Sequence record: SRR22947725_6733
Strand: one strand, 5' to 3'
DNA: 26,891 nucleotides
Positions 1-9,538 of this stretch are shown piece by piece; positions within the stretch are counted from its first letter, which is position 1, and each line of letters begins with the position of its first letter. Under the pieces are notes generated by a model. The model was not told the DNA's origin, did no database searches, and saw nothing but the letters and a program-made list of their open reading frames with translations. A program made the position numbers and the translations under genes.

Positions 1-1607
1 AGTGAGATCCCTCCAACAATATAAAGGAAGCTCAATACAAGACAGAAAGTTCCCCCAAACCCACTGACAATCTTACTTGGATTGTCTTCTTTGAAGTTTG
101 GGTAAATGACGCCCAGCCCCATCGCCAGTCCGTTGAGCGTCAGCGTCATGAAGGCAATGACCAATGTGAAGTAAGCGATCTGAGGCGCTGGCATTTTCAA
201 CATGCGGCAGGAGGTGAAAATCAGCGTACCTGTGATGGCCATCGAAACCAGGCACGCCAGTGTGTATTTTATACTAATGACCTTGTTCAAACCCAGAGGA
301 GCCATCCCTACAATCCAAAGTCGTTTTCCTTCCAGTGAAAACTGGGGAAATACAAAACGAGTCGTCAGCGTTGCGAGATTCAGTGAACAAGCTCCTAGGT
401 TCATGTAGGAGATCAGGTGGATCCAGAATGGGTTGTTCAGTTGGGATGAAAAGTTCTTAAGATTAATGATATAAGCTGCGAGCAGGCCGAACAGCAGGAG
501 GCTTTGCCCCCATTGAGTTGTATCCCTCCAAAAGACCCTCACATCTTTTACCAAAACGGCCCTACTGTCGCTTGGAATCCAGAAAAGGATCGAACAAAAA
601 CGTTCGAGTAAACCCGGACCCCACTGATTCAAACGTTTGGCTTTCTTCTCTTGCCAGCGTTGCCACCATTTCCATGAACTCGTCAATGACCCCCTGCTTT
701 GAACGGCCGATGCAGCTTCATAGAATGGCATACCCGCCATGGTTGAGGTGATTCGTCCCCAGAATAAACCGTAGCTGAGAAGCACCAGCATGAAGAAGAA
801 GGTGGCGTTATATGCTCCTTCACTCCAGGAGATCACACCTGAAGCCAGCCAATAACTAGGCAAAAACGCGAATTGACTGAATTGAGTATTCTTCAAAAGT
901 CGGTCCAATACCAGCATCACACGCGTTTCGAGCATGTCGTCGGTCACTACGTCAGGTTTAAGCCAGAAGGCCAGTGTAAGCAGGATCAGGATTGCCAGTC
1001 CGAGGGTCGTATACTGGAAAAAACGCCGATCCATGAAGCGCGCCAGCCCGATAGCGGACCAGGCACCAGCAATGGCTGGAAGAATGACAAAAAGCAGGAT
1101 CATCACCACGGTTAAGGGGTAAAAAGTCCAATCCACGCGTTCTACGATGCCAAATGCCGCCAATAGGGGGGCGATCAGAAATAAAAATGCCCATGATGCC
1201 ACCAAAGTGGATTCTAGAAACTTCCATTGAAAAATACTATTGGGCGAAATCGGCAGACTATGCAAAAAACTCGTTTCCTTGTTACGAAACAGGTTCGAGT
1301 AACTGATCACCATGTTACTGATCAGCAAGAGGGCAAACAGGAAGGCGAATAAAATAAAAATCATCCTTTCAACAAGCAGGTCTCCCAACCCGGGAAAAGA
1401 GCCAACGAATCTCATGGCCCTGTAAAAAAGTGCGAACGAAAGCCAGCAATATCCAGCTATGAAAGTGAGAACAGTAACCGACAGGAGTTTGGATTGCTTC
1501 AGTACCGAGGCAAATCTTCGCCAATTTTGCTTGAGATGCACACCAGCTAGTAGTGCAAAAGCTGATTTTTCAGGGCAAGCGGGATCTGTGGATTCACTGG
1601 ACGGCAT
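1..1607 (-). CDS. Putative ABC exporter permease subunit (3' end truncated by window edge)
   Basis: Absent from the ORF track. Translated by hand from ATG 1607: MPSSESTDPACPEKSAFALLAGVHLKQNWRRF...LFALLLISNMVISYSNLFRNKETSFLHSLPISPNSIFQWKFLES. The same frame at the window edge reads FKEDNPSKIVSGFGGTFCLVLSFLYIVGGIS. Many hydrophobic segments; starts 21 nt downstream of an ABC ATPase. Both ends were translated; the middle was not checked codon by codon. Confidence 0.85.
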   Translation of the reverse strand, partial: MPSSESTDPACPEKSAFALLAGVHLKQNWRRFASVLKQSKLLSVTVLTFIAGYCWLSFALFYRAMRFVGSFPGLGDLLVERMIFILFAFLFALLLISNMVISYSNLFRNKETSFLHSLPISPNSIFQWKFLESTLVASWAFLFLIAPLLAAFGIVERVDWTFYPLTVVMILLFVILPAIAGAWSAIGLARFMDRRFFQYTTLGLAILILLTLAFWLKPDVVTDDMLETRVMLVLDRLLKNTQFSQFAFLPSYWLASGVISWSEGAYNATFFFMLVLLSYGLFWGRITSTMAGMPFYEAASAVQSRGSLTSSWKWWQRWQEKKAKRLNQWGPGLLERFCSILFWIPSDSRAVLVKDVRVFWRDTTQWGQSLLLFGLLAAYIINLKNFSSQLNNPFWIHLISYMNLGACSLNLATLTTRFVFPQFSLEGKRLWIVGMAPLGLNKVISIKYTLACLVSMAITGTLIFTSCRMLKMPAPQIAYFTLVIAFMTLTLNGLAMGLGVIYPNFKEDNPSKIVSGFGGTFCLVLSFLYIVGGIS

Positions 1608-1628
1608 ACAGATTATTTTAATCCCGGG

Positions 1629-2372
1629 TTATGATTGGTTGGTTGTTTCATCCGGTTCAGCTGTCAGTTGAAGAAAGCTTCTTTCCAGCGCTCCATCTTG
1701 ACCGCTTTGCTTCTTAAGCTCATCGATCGTACCTATTGCAACTACTTTTCCTTGATGAATGATGCCTATTCGGTCAGCCATCTCCTCTGCAACGGAAAGT
1801 TGGTGTGTAGAAAGAAAAACTGTCATTCCCTCTCTGGAGCGTTCTTTCAGAATATCTTTGACGATCCGTGCGTGTTGGGGGTCAAGACCTACCATGGGTT
1901 CATCTATCACAAACACCTCAGGGTCATGTAAAAGAGCTGACGCTATCGCGACTCTTTGCCGCGTACCGTGCGAGAGGCCTTCGATTGATTTATTGAGAAA
2001 GGGTTCCAGGTGAAAGCGCTTGGTCAGGATAAGACTTTCCGAGCGCACGCGATCAGGGGCGATTTTAAATAATTGCCCGGTAAATTGCATAAACTCGAGA
2101 GGTGTGAGCTTTTCGTAAAGGAATGGGAAATCGGGGACATATGCGAGCCTCTTCCTTGCCTGCAGCGGCTTACTCTGGATATTATATCCTGCAACAATGA
2201 CCGACCCCGCTGTTGGTTTGATCAATCCGGCAATCATTTTAATCGTTGTTGTCTTGCCTGCTGCATTCGGGCCGAGTACGGCAAAAAATTCGCCTTTCGG
2301 AACCGATAAGTTTATTCCGTTGACGGCGGCTAAGTCTCCAAACTTTTTTACGAGGTCCTTTAACTCTATCAT
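1629..2372 (-). CDS. ABC transporter ATP-binding protein (ABC-2/CcmA-like exporter ATPase)
   Basis: Walker A GPNAAGKTT, signature LSHGTRQR, Walker B VFVIDEP, H-loop STH. Start placed at ATG 2372 (MIELKDL) rather than TTG 2381. Confidence 0.95.
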   Translation of the reverse strand: MIELKDLVKKFGDLAAVNGINLSVPKGEFFAVLGPNAAGKTTTIKMIAGLIKPTAGSVIVAGYNIQSKPLQARKRLAYVPDFPFLYEKLTPLEFMQFTGQLFKIAPDRVRSESLILTKRFHLEPFLNKSIEGLSHGTRQRVAIASALLHDPEVFVIDEPMVGLDPQHARIVKDILKERSREGMTVFLSTHQLSVAEEMADRIGIIHQGKVVAIGTIDELKKQSGQDGALERSFLQLTAEPDETTNQS

Positions 2373-2507
2373 CAGGAACAACCGGCTATCACACAGCTAC
2401 AAGCTTTTCAAGCAGCGATAATTGAAAGTTAATTTCTTTAGTTTACAACCGTGAAATACGGGAGCAAGCTATTACCTCCTAAGCTCCGACGGACAATTCT
2501 GAGTTCC

Positions 2508-4590
2508 ATGAAGAATTTTTTTACAAGAAAGTCGCTGCGCGGCAAAATCAGTATTTTAACCATCATCACCAGTTTGCTGGCGATGTTTTTGGTAATCGGT
2601 GCTGTTTTTAGTCTCAAGTACCAGCGTTATTCCAAGGATGAGCTTTTCAAATTCAAGGCACAGGCTGAATTGCTTGCAAGAACGCTTGGCTCGCTGCATC
2701 CCACTCCTGCTGAATTGAGGGACACCGGACTTGATTTTTTTTTCAAGCACCGAAACCGTATTGGATGCTTATCTTGAAATCGGAGATGAGCGAATGCCTT
2801 CTTATCACCGAGCTGGAGGACTGGGGCCTGTCGATGGATTTTGGCCATCTTTTGATGATCGAGGTAAGGCGTGGGTCGAGTCCGGCGAGGGCAAGGCTCA
2901 TGTAAAGGTTGTATTTAAATTTGGTCAAGAACAGGGCCCTCGCGGAAACCTTTACGTCATTTACGATTTGACCCAAGCGCGACTGCAATTCTTGCGAGAG
3001 ATGCTTATTGTTAGTTTGCTGGCAACCGGAGCCGTGTCTATTGCAGTAATGGCCAGCCGCAAGCTTCAACACTTCATATTAGATCCTGTGCTGCTTCTCG
3101 CTGAAGCTACGGACAAGATTGCCTCCGACAAGGACTACTCAACACGAGTTTTCAGTCCTTCCAAAGACGAAATCGGCCAACTTTATCATGGTTTCAATCG
3201 AATGCTGGAGGAAATCGAGTACAGGGACGAAACGATTCGCAAGGCCAATGATGAACTTGAGGATCGGGTTCAGGAACGCACGGCAGCCATGCAACAAGCC
3301 AAGGCAGAGACCGAATCCATCAATAAACAATTACTTGATGCCAATCAAAAACTAAAGGAATCCATTGAGGAAGCACAACAGCTTGCAATAGAAGCTCAGG
3401 CTGCGAACAAAGCCAAGAGTGAATTCCTTGCCGCGATGAGTCATGAGATACGGACTCCAATGAATGGAGTCATTGGCTTCACCAATCTTCTGCTGAATTC
3501 GGATTTATCCGAAATGCAAAAGGATTATGCGCAGACGATCAAAAACTCTGGAGAGTCTCTCTTGATCATTATTAACGGTATTCTCGATTTTTCCAAAATC
3601 GAGGCAGGCAAGTTCTTTCTGGATTCTGAACCTTTTGACATGGCCGAGGCTTCAGAGGAAGTGATCGAACTCTTATCTGCTGAGGCTGCTGCAAAAAACC
3701 TGGAACTTAAACTGTTTTACGAGCCTGATGCTCGTCGGCGCCTTGTTGGTGATCCAGGGAGGGTCAAGCAGATCATGTTGAACCTGATTTCAAATGCATT
3801 GAAATTTACCGAAACTGGATCTATCCGCGTGAGAGTTGAAAAAATGACTGTGAGCGGACATCCCGAGGGCTTGAAAGTCAGTGTCACAGACACGGGGATC
3901 GGCATTCCTGCCGACAAGCAAAGTGTTCTTTTCGAAAAATTCTCTCAATCAGATAATTCAACTACTCGGAAATACGGCGGTACTGGGCTTGGCTTGGCGA
4001 TTTGCAGGGAACTGGTCAGTATGATGAGTGGTGAAATTGGATTCAAAAGTGAACCAGGCATCGGGTCTGTCTTTTGGTTTACATTGGCTTTTTGGGAACT
4101 CGGATCTGAGAAAGAAGCCGATGAATCAATGATTAGTTCTGAAAAGCCTGCCGAGGACGGCGAGTTTGACCTGTCTGTTGTGAATTTGTTGCCGGAAACA
4201 TTCCGAGTGCTTCTAGTGGAAGACAATGCTGTCAACCAGAAGCTTGCGGGAAAAATCCTTGAACGCATGGGGTGCAGCGTCGATACGGCAACCAACGGAA
4301 AGGAAGCGGTCTCCATGTTTGCGGATTTGCCTTACAATATGATATTCATGGACTGCCAGATGCCGGAAATGGATGGATACGAAGCTACTCGAAAGATCCG
4401 TAATATTGAAACAGCAGGTAATTCCTCCAATGGAAAACAAGTGCCCATTATTGCAATCACTGCAAATGCGATGCGCGGTGATCGTGAAAAATGCCTGGAA
4501 GAAGGGATGGATGACTATATCGCTAAACCTGTCGACGCGCGCCAAATAGGTCGTGCCTTGGAGCGCTGGCGCCATCATATTCAATTGTGA
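2508..4590 (+). pseudogene. Hybrid sensor histidine kinase/response regulator (TM-sensor-TM-HAMP-HisKA-HATPase-REC), frameshifted at T9 2735-2743
   Basis: The upstream frame (ATG 2508) gives MKNFFTRKSLRGKISILTIITSLLAMFLV (TM1). The downstream frame has TM2, HAMP ([14 protein letters not shown]), H-box [16 protein letters not shown]-box [11 protein letters not shown]1 DTGIGI, G2 GGTGLGL and REC (VEDN, FMDCQMP, KP). Removing one T joins them as [11 protein letters not shown]. Confidence 0.88.
2735..2743 (+). repeat. T9 homopolymer at the frameshift junction
   Basis: ttga-ttttttttt-caagc; eight T would read GAT TTT TTT TCA AGC in frame. Confidence 0.9.
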
Positions 4591-4789
4591 ACTCTTCTCG
4601 CGCAGCTTGCTTTTTTTTGAATAACTCTGCCACATTTTCTGATCGACTTCAGAATTCCTGTCCTGCGCTTTGACGAGGTAAGAAACCTTGTTTGTCTCTC
4701 AAATGGTATCCCAAGCCTGGACTGGGACAATCGATCCGTTTCTGAAAAAACTTTGTTTCCTCAGTCTCTGTCATTATACATCTGAGCGC

Positions 4790-5953
4790 ATGTTTGAATT
4801 GTTGAAAACGGATGCAGGAAGCAAAGCTCGGCGTGGGCGTTTAACCACTGCACATGGTGTGATTGAAACGCCGGTTTTTATGCCGGTGGGCACTCAAGCC
4901 AGTGTCAAGGCTCTCGACCCACGAGAACTACATGAGATGGGAACTCAGATTGTTCTTGGCAATACCTACCATTTGGCGATCCGGCCAGGAATGGATATCA
5001 TGAATGAAGCCGGGGGATTGCATCGCTTCATGAACTGGGATCTCCCTATTCTCACCGACAGCGGAGGATTTCAGGTATTCAGCCTGGCTAAGATTCGTAA
5101 AATCCAACAGGACGGTGTTGAGTTCCGTTCACATCTCGATGGCTCACCTCTCTTTCTTGGCCCCAAAGAAGCCATGAAAATCCAACGTGAATTGGGTTCA
5201 GACATAGCCATGGCGTTTGACCAGTGCCCCAACCACGATGCTCCCGCAAGCGAAATGAAAGAAACCGTGGACCGCACACTGAGGTGGGCCAGATTATGTC
5301 TTGAACAACCGAGGGCTGAGGGGCAGCTGGTTTTTGGTATCGGTCAGGGCGGAAGTAATGCCGAGCTTCGTGAGTATTGTGCCAAGGCGCTTTGCAAGAT
5401 GGATTTTGATGGATTTGCCATTGGTGGTGTCAGTGTGGGAGAACCCGAACCCGAGATGATGAAAGCGGTGGAATATACCGAGCCCTTTCTTCCTGCTGAC
5501 AAAGCCCGTTATGCCATGGGCCTTGGAACGCCGGCTCAATTGGTCGAATTAGTGGCTCGCGGGGTAGACATGTTTGACTGTGTATTGCCCACTCGCGTCG
5601 CTCGCAATGGCACTGCGTTTACCAAAAAGGGCACGATCAGCATTAAAGCTGGTTATAATAAACGTGATTGGAATCCGATCGAAGAGGATTGTGAATGTTA
5701 TGCCTGTCGCCACTTCACCAAGGCTTATCTAAGGCATCTGCTCAATGTAGATGAAATTTTAGGTCTGCGTATGCTCAGCGTTCACAATAGCCATATGTTT
5801 CTGGATTTAATGCGAAATATCCGATTGCATTTGGATAATGGCACTTTCAGTGAATACAGGCGTGAGTTCATTGCTGGTTATACGCCAACCTTGAAAGTAC
5901 TTGAACAGCGGGCTAGACATGCTGAAGCGCAGCAAGAATCACCGTCAAATTAG
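4790..5953 (+). CDS. tgt: tRNA-guanine(34) transglycosylase
   Basis: TPVFMPVGT, LTDSGGFQVFSL, MGLGTP, GVDMFDCVLPTR and zinc site CECYAC...H. Start at ATG 4790 (MFELLKTD), the usual Tgt N-terminus. Confidence 0.97.
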   Translation: MFELLKTDAGSKARRGRLTTAHGVIETPVFMPVGTQASVKALDPRELHEMGTQIVLGNTYHLAIRPGMDIMNEAGGLHRFMNWDLPILTDSGGFQVFSLAKIRKIQQDGVEFRSHLDGSPLFLGPKEAMKIQRELGSDIAMAFDQCPNHDAPASEMKETVDRTLRWARLCLEQPRAEGQLVFGIGQGGSNAELREYCAKALCKMDFDGFAIGGVSVGEPEPEMMKAVEYTEPFLPADKARYAMGLGTPAQLVELVARGVDMFDCVLPTRVARNGTAFTKKGTISIKAGYNKRDWNPIEEDCECYACRHFTKAYLRHLLNVDEILGLRMLSVHNSHMFLDLMRNIRLHLDNGTFSEYRREFIAGYTPTLKVLEQRARHAEAQQESPSN

Positions 5954-6015
5954 CCTGAAATAGTTTATTTGCATTGGTGGTTCTTTAAGGTAGTTTTACG
6001 CAAGTACACTTAATC

Positions 6016-8478
6016 ATGGATCTGCCCGGGAAAATCATTGTCTCATCGCCGGAGTGGCTGCCCGGCTTGCTGGGAGGTTTTGCTGTATTCCTCCTGATTC
6101 TGGTCTGGTCCTATCGAGGCACAGGAATTTCTTTCGGACGCCGCATCACTTGTATTCTGCTGAAAGGTTCTGCGGTTGCCTTGTTAGTTTTGTGCTTACT
6201 GGAGCCACAGTGGACGCAGCAAAAACCCGAAGCAGGTGCAAACTACTATGCCGTGGTTGCTGACAACAGCCAGAGCATGTCTATTTTCGATCCGGGGTTG
6301 AACCGAAGCCGTGGTGAGGAAATGACCAAGCTGCTGGTGACCGAACCCGGCCTCTGGCGTGATACGCTGGACGATATGTTTCAGGTCAGAAAATACGGAA
6401 TTGACTCACGCTTGCATGGGCTCAAGGACTTCTCCGAACTTACTTTTGATGGGGGTGCCAGCGCACTGGGCTCTGCTCTACATCAACTGGGTTCACGCTT
6501 CCGTGATCAGCCACTGGCTGGTATCCTGCTCGTCAGTGACGGGAATGCAACTGATGCTGATTTAGATCAACTTGATCTAGCCGACCTGCCGCCAGTTTAT
6601 CCTGTCGTTATTGGGTCCAAAGAATCCTCTCGAGATGTTTCCATTACCAGTATGTCCCTTAGCCAGACTGCCTTCGAGGATGCGCCCGTTACTTTGACTG
6701 CGGATATTTCTTCGATTGGGTTCGCTGGCCGTGAGGTAGAGGCGCGATTGTTCGCTGCAGATTTTTCAAAACCAACTTTCAATGAAGGTGCCAAGATTGA
6801 TGAACCTTCTTCCAGCATCGAAGGCCAAGCACCTATTGATAGTTTGTTTAAAGGAATCTCCAGCGATCAGGAAACACTGGCTTTTCGGTTCCAGTTTCGA
6901 CCCGAGCAGACCGGCGTATCTTTTTACAGACTGGAAGTGTCAGTAGTTGCCGACTCGCTGGCGGGCGATGAGTCAACGGAAGAAGCTACCATGGCCAACA
7001 ACAGACGTCTGGCTATCGTGGACCGCGATTCCGAGCCGCATCGCATTCTTTACGTAGCAGGCCGTCCCAATTGGGAATACAAATTTTTGAATCGATCCCT
7101 TGATGAAGATGATCAAGTGCAGCTGGTGGGGTTGATTCGTATTGCCAAAAAGTCCCCTAAATTTGAGTTCAAAGGGCGTCAAGGTGAGACGAGCAATCCT
7201 CTATATCGCGGCTTCGACAAAAAAGATGAATTTACTGAGCAGCTTGACCAGGCTGTTTTCACGCGACTTAACATCAAAGACGAATCCGAACTCATAGGAG
7301 GTTTCCCCAAGAGGGTAGAGAATCTTTTTGGTTACAGTGCCATTATTCTTGATGATCTGGAATCGGGTTTCTTCACACGTGATCAAATGAGCCTGATCCA
7401 GAAATTTGTTTCAGAACGTGGTGGTGGTTTAATGATGTTGGGTGGATATGAATCACTCACTCGTGGCGATTATCAGGATACTCCTATCGGCAGAATGCTT
7501 CCAGTCTATCTTGATTCAGGTAAAGGTCTATCTGGAGTTCAGGGAGTTTCTTTGGAGTTGACCCGCGAAGGCTGGCTTCAGCCTTGGATCCGTCTGCGTT
7601 CCACTGAGTCTCTGGAGAATGAAAGATTGGAATCCATGCCCGAGTTTCAAGTCATTAATCTGGTGACTGAAGTCAAGCCCGGGGCCTCCGTTTTGATGCA
7701 GGCAAAGAGCAAATACTCAGGTGAAACCTATCCAGCCCTGGTCAGCCAGCGCTATGGTTCCGGTCGCAGTATGGTCCTGGCGGTCGGAGATTTGTGGCGT
7801 TGGCAGATGCATGATCAAACTGATAGTGGCGATTTGGGCAAGGCTTGGCGTCAGATGATTCGTGGATTGATCGCTGATGTGCCGAGTCGGATCGACATTG
7901 ACTTGCAACGCGAGCAAACCAAATCGGGTTCTACCATGCGCATTCAGGTAGGGGTCAAGGATGAGAAATACTGGCCAATTGATAACGCAAACGTCCGATT
8001 GACAGTGAAGACTCTCACTGCAGGGGAAACCGGCAATGAGGCAGCTAAGCCAACAGGTGGTATGCAGCGTAGCGAAGTCCAGCTGATTGCGGAGCCTAGC
8101 ATGAAGGAACCTGGCTTGTATCAGGCCACCTATGTTCCACGCCTTGAGGGTGGTTATCTCATGGAAGTGGAAGTCACCGATGCCAACGGAGCTGTGATTG
8201 CTCGAGAGGAGGCAGGTTGGACCAATGACCCCAGCGCTGAAGAGTTTCAATCGTTGCTGCCTCATCACTCATGGATGGATGCAGTTGCCCAAAAAACCGG
8301 AGGCCGAGTTCTCAAGCGAAGCGAGTTAGATAGGTGGGCTGAGGGACTGCAGTTTGAAGCAGCACCTGTCATGGAAACAATCTCTGCCCCGATATGGCAC
8401 ACACCCTATCTATTCATAGCTTCATTGGGATTATTTGCTTTGGAGTGGTATATGCGCAGGAAGCGAGGCTTGGCTTGA
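6016..8478 (+). CDS. Membrane protein with vWA, Ig-like and glutamine-amidotransferase-like (DUF1355-type) domains
   Basis: Two N-terminal TM helices ending LLEP; MIDAS-like DNSQS...LVSDG; NNRR Ig-like end; ILYVAGRPNWEYKFLNRSL and GGGLMMLGG; C-terminal TM ending LEWYMRRKRGLA. This architecture is typical of PVC vWA clusters. Confidence 0.75.
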   Translation: MDLPGKIIVSSPEWLPGLLGGFAVFLLILVWSYRGTGISFGRRITCILLKGSAVALLVLCLLEPQWTQQKPEAGANYYAVVADNSQSMSIFDPGLNRSRGEEMTKLLVTEPGLWRDTLDDMFQVRKYGIDSRLHGLKDFSELTFDGGASALGSALHQLGSRFRDQPLAGILLVSDGNATDADLDQLDLADLPPVYPVVIGSKESSRDVSITSMSLSQTAFEDAPVTLTADISSIGFAGREVEARLFAADFSKPTFNEGAKIDEPSSSIEGQAPIDSLFKGISSDQETLAFRFQFRPEQTGVSFYRLEVSVVADSLAGDESTEEATMANNRRLAIVDRDSEPHRILYVAGRPNWEYKFLNRSLDEDDQVQLVGLIRIAKKSPKFEFKGRQGETSNPLYRGFDKKDEFTEQLDQAVFTRLNIKDESELIGGFPKRVENLFGYSAIILDDLESGFFTRDQMSLIQKFVSERGGGLMMLGGYESLTRGDYQDTPIGRMLPVYLDSGKGLSGVQGVSLELTREGWLQPWIRLRSTESLENERLESMPEFQVINLVTEVKPGASVLMQAKSKYSGETYPALVSQRYGSGRSMVLAVGDLWRWQMHDQTDSGDLGKAWRQMIRGLIADVPSRIDIDLQREQTKSGSTMRIQVGVKDEKYWPIDNANVRLTVKTLTAGETGNEAAKPTGGMQRSEVQLIAEPSMKEPGLYQATYVPRLEGGYLMEVEVTDANGAVIAREEAGWTNDPSAEEFQSLLPHHSWMDAVAQKTGGRVLKRSELDRWAEGLQFEAAPVMETISAPIWHTPYLFIASLGLFALEWYMRRKRGLA

Positions 8479-9524
8479 TGATGAAAACACGATCAATGTG
8501 CTGGAAGATAGGGCACACTCTCCGTGCTTCAACGCTATTGCTGATGTCGTTGTTGCATTTCTATCTCGTACAAGGTGCTGAGCAAGGAGAGCCCAGAAAT
8601 AATGCAGATCTTTTGATAGTGGTTGGAGCGGCTGGAGAAGCATCTTATGGCGAAATGTTTGTAGAGTGGGCAACAATGCTGAAGGCGGTAGGCGAGGAAG
8701 CCCAAGCCAGAGTTGAGCTGCTTGGTTCCTTTGACCCCGACTCTGTGGAGGGATCTCTCAAGGATCTTTTAAAGAAAAAAATTGAAGCATATTCTAAAGA
8801 AACTCAGGAGCCCCTCTGGATTGCTCTCATAGGTCACGGCACATTCAACGGTCGAACTGCCAAGTTCAATGTCAAAGGACCTGACATTTCGAGTGAGGAA
8901 CTGGCTTCATGGCTAAAGCCTTTGAAACGGCCTGTGGCAGTCATGAACACCTCCTCCGCTTCAGCGCCATTTCTAAATGCACTCTCCGGACCCAATCGTG
9001 TGGTGCTTACTGCGACCCGAGACGGCTTTGAATTAAATTTCGCCCGTTTTGGGTCCTACCTAGTGAATGCATTTGGCAGTGAATCTGCGGATCTTGACAA
9101 AGACGGTCAAACGTCCTTGCTGGAAGCCTTTATCATGGCCTCAAGGCAAGTGGGAGAATTTTACGAAATCGAAGGTCGCCTTGCTTCGGAGCATGCGCTT
9201 CTTGATGACACAGGCGATCAAAAAGGTATCCCTGCTAATTGGTTCAAGGGAGTGCGGCCAGTGAAAAAGGCTGAAGGAAGTAATCAGCCTGATGGTCGTA
9301 TTGCATCCCAGTTTCACTTGATTGAAAATGAAATCGAAAGCCTTATGTCACCCGAGATCAAGCAGCAAAGGGATGTGCTTGAACAGGCTATCTTCGAATT
9401 GCGTGATCATCGCGAGGACATGGATGAAGAGGCTTACTATAAACGCTTGGAAGCCTTATTGATCCCTTTTGCTGAACTTTACCAATCGTTGGATACATAT
9501 CAGGCTGAGATCAATAATCGATAA
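8478..9524 (+). CDS. Exported clan CD (caspase/peptidase C13)-like fold protein with Dx[DN]xDG motif; catalytic Cys absent
   Basis: ATG overlaps the upstream stop (TGATG). Signal-like segment ending VQGA; LIGHG; VMNTSSASAPF; RVVLTAT; DLDKDGQTSLLEAF. Confidence 0.65.
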   Translation: MMKTRSMCWKIGHTLRASTLLLMSLLHFYLVQGAEQGEPRNNADLLIVVGAAGEASYGEMFVEWATMLKAVGEEAQARVELLGSFDPDSVEGSLKDLLKKKIEAYSKETQEPLWIALIGHGTFNGRTAKFNVKGPDISSEELASWLKPLKRPVAVMNTSSASAPFLNALSGPNRVVLTATRDGFELNFARFGSYLVNAFGSESADLDKDGQTSLLEAFIMASRQVGEFYEIEGRLASEHALLDDTGDQKGIPANWFKGVRPVKKAEGSNQPDGRIASQFHLIENEIESLMSPEIKQQRDVLEQAIFELRDHREDMDEEAYYKRLEALLIPFAELYQSLDTYQAEINNR

Positions 9525-9538
9525 ATATCATCGCACAT

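Noticed and set aside
73..1671. Short ORF-track entries in the first 1.7 kb
   Set aside because: They are shadows of the long minus-strand permease that runs off the window.
4600..4618. Terminator after the kinase (GCA-GCT-TGC plus T8)
   Set aside because: The stem is only about 3 bp, too weak to call.
4700..4760. Possible preQ1 riboswitch upstream of tgt (TCCCA/TGGGA stem and AAAAAACT)
   Set aside because: The loop lacks the preQ1-I consensus, the A-rich tail is not adjacent to the stem, and I found no pseudoknot pairing.
7717..8268. 183-aa antisense ORF, and similar antisense ORFs elsewhere
   Set aside because: Wholly opposite well-supported genes, with no recognisable motifs.
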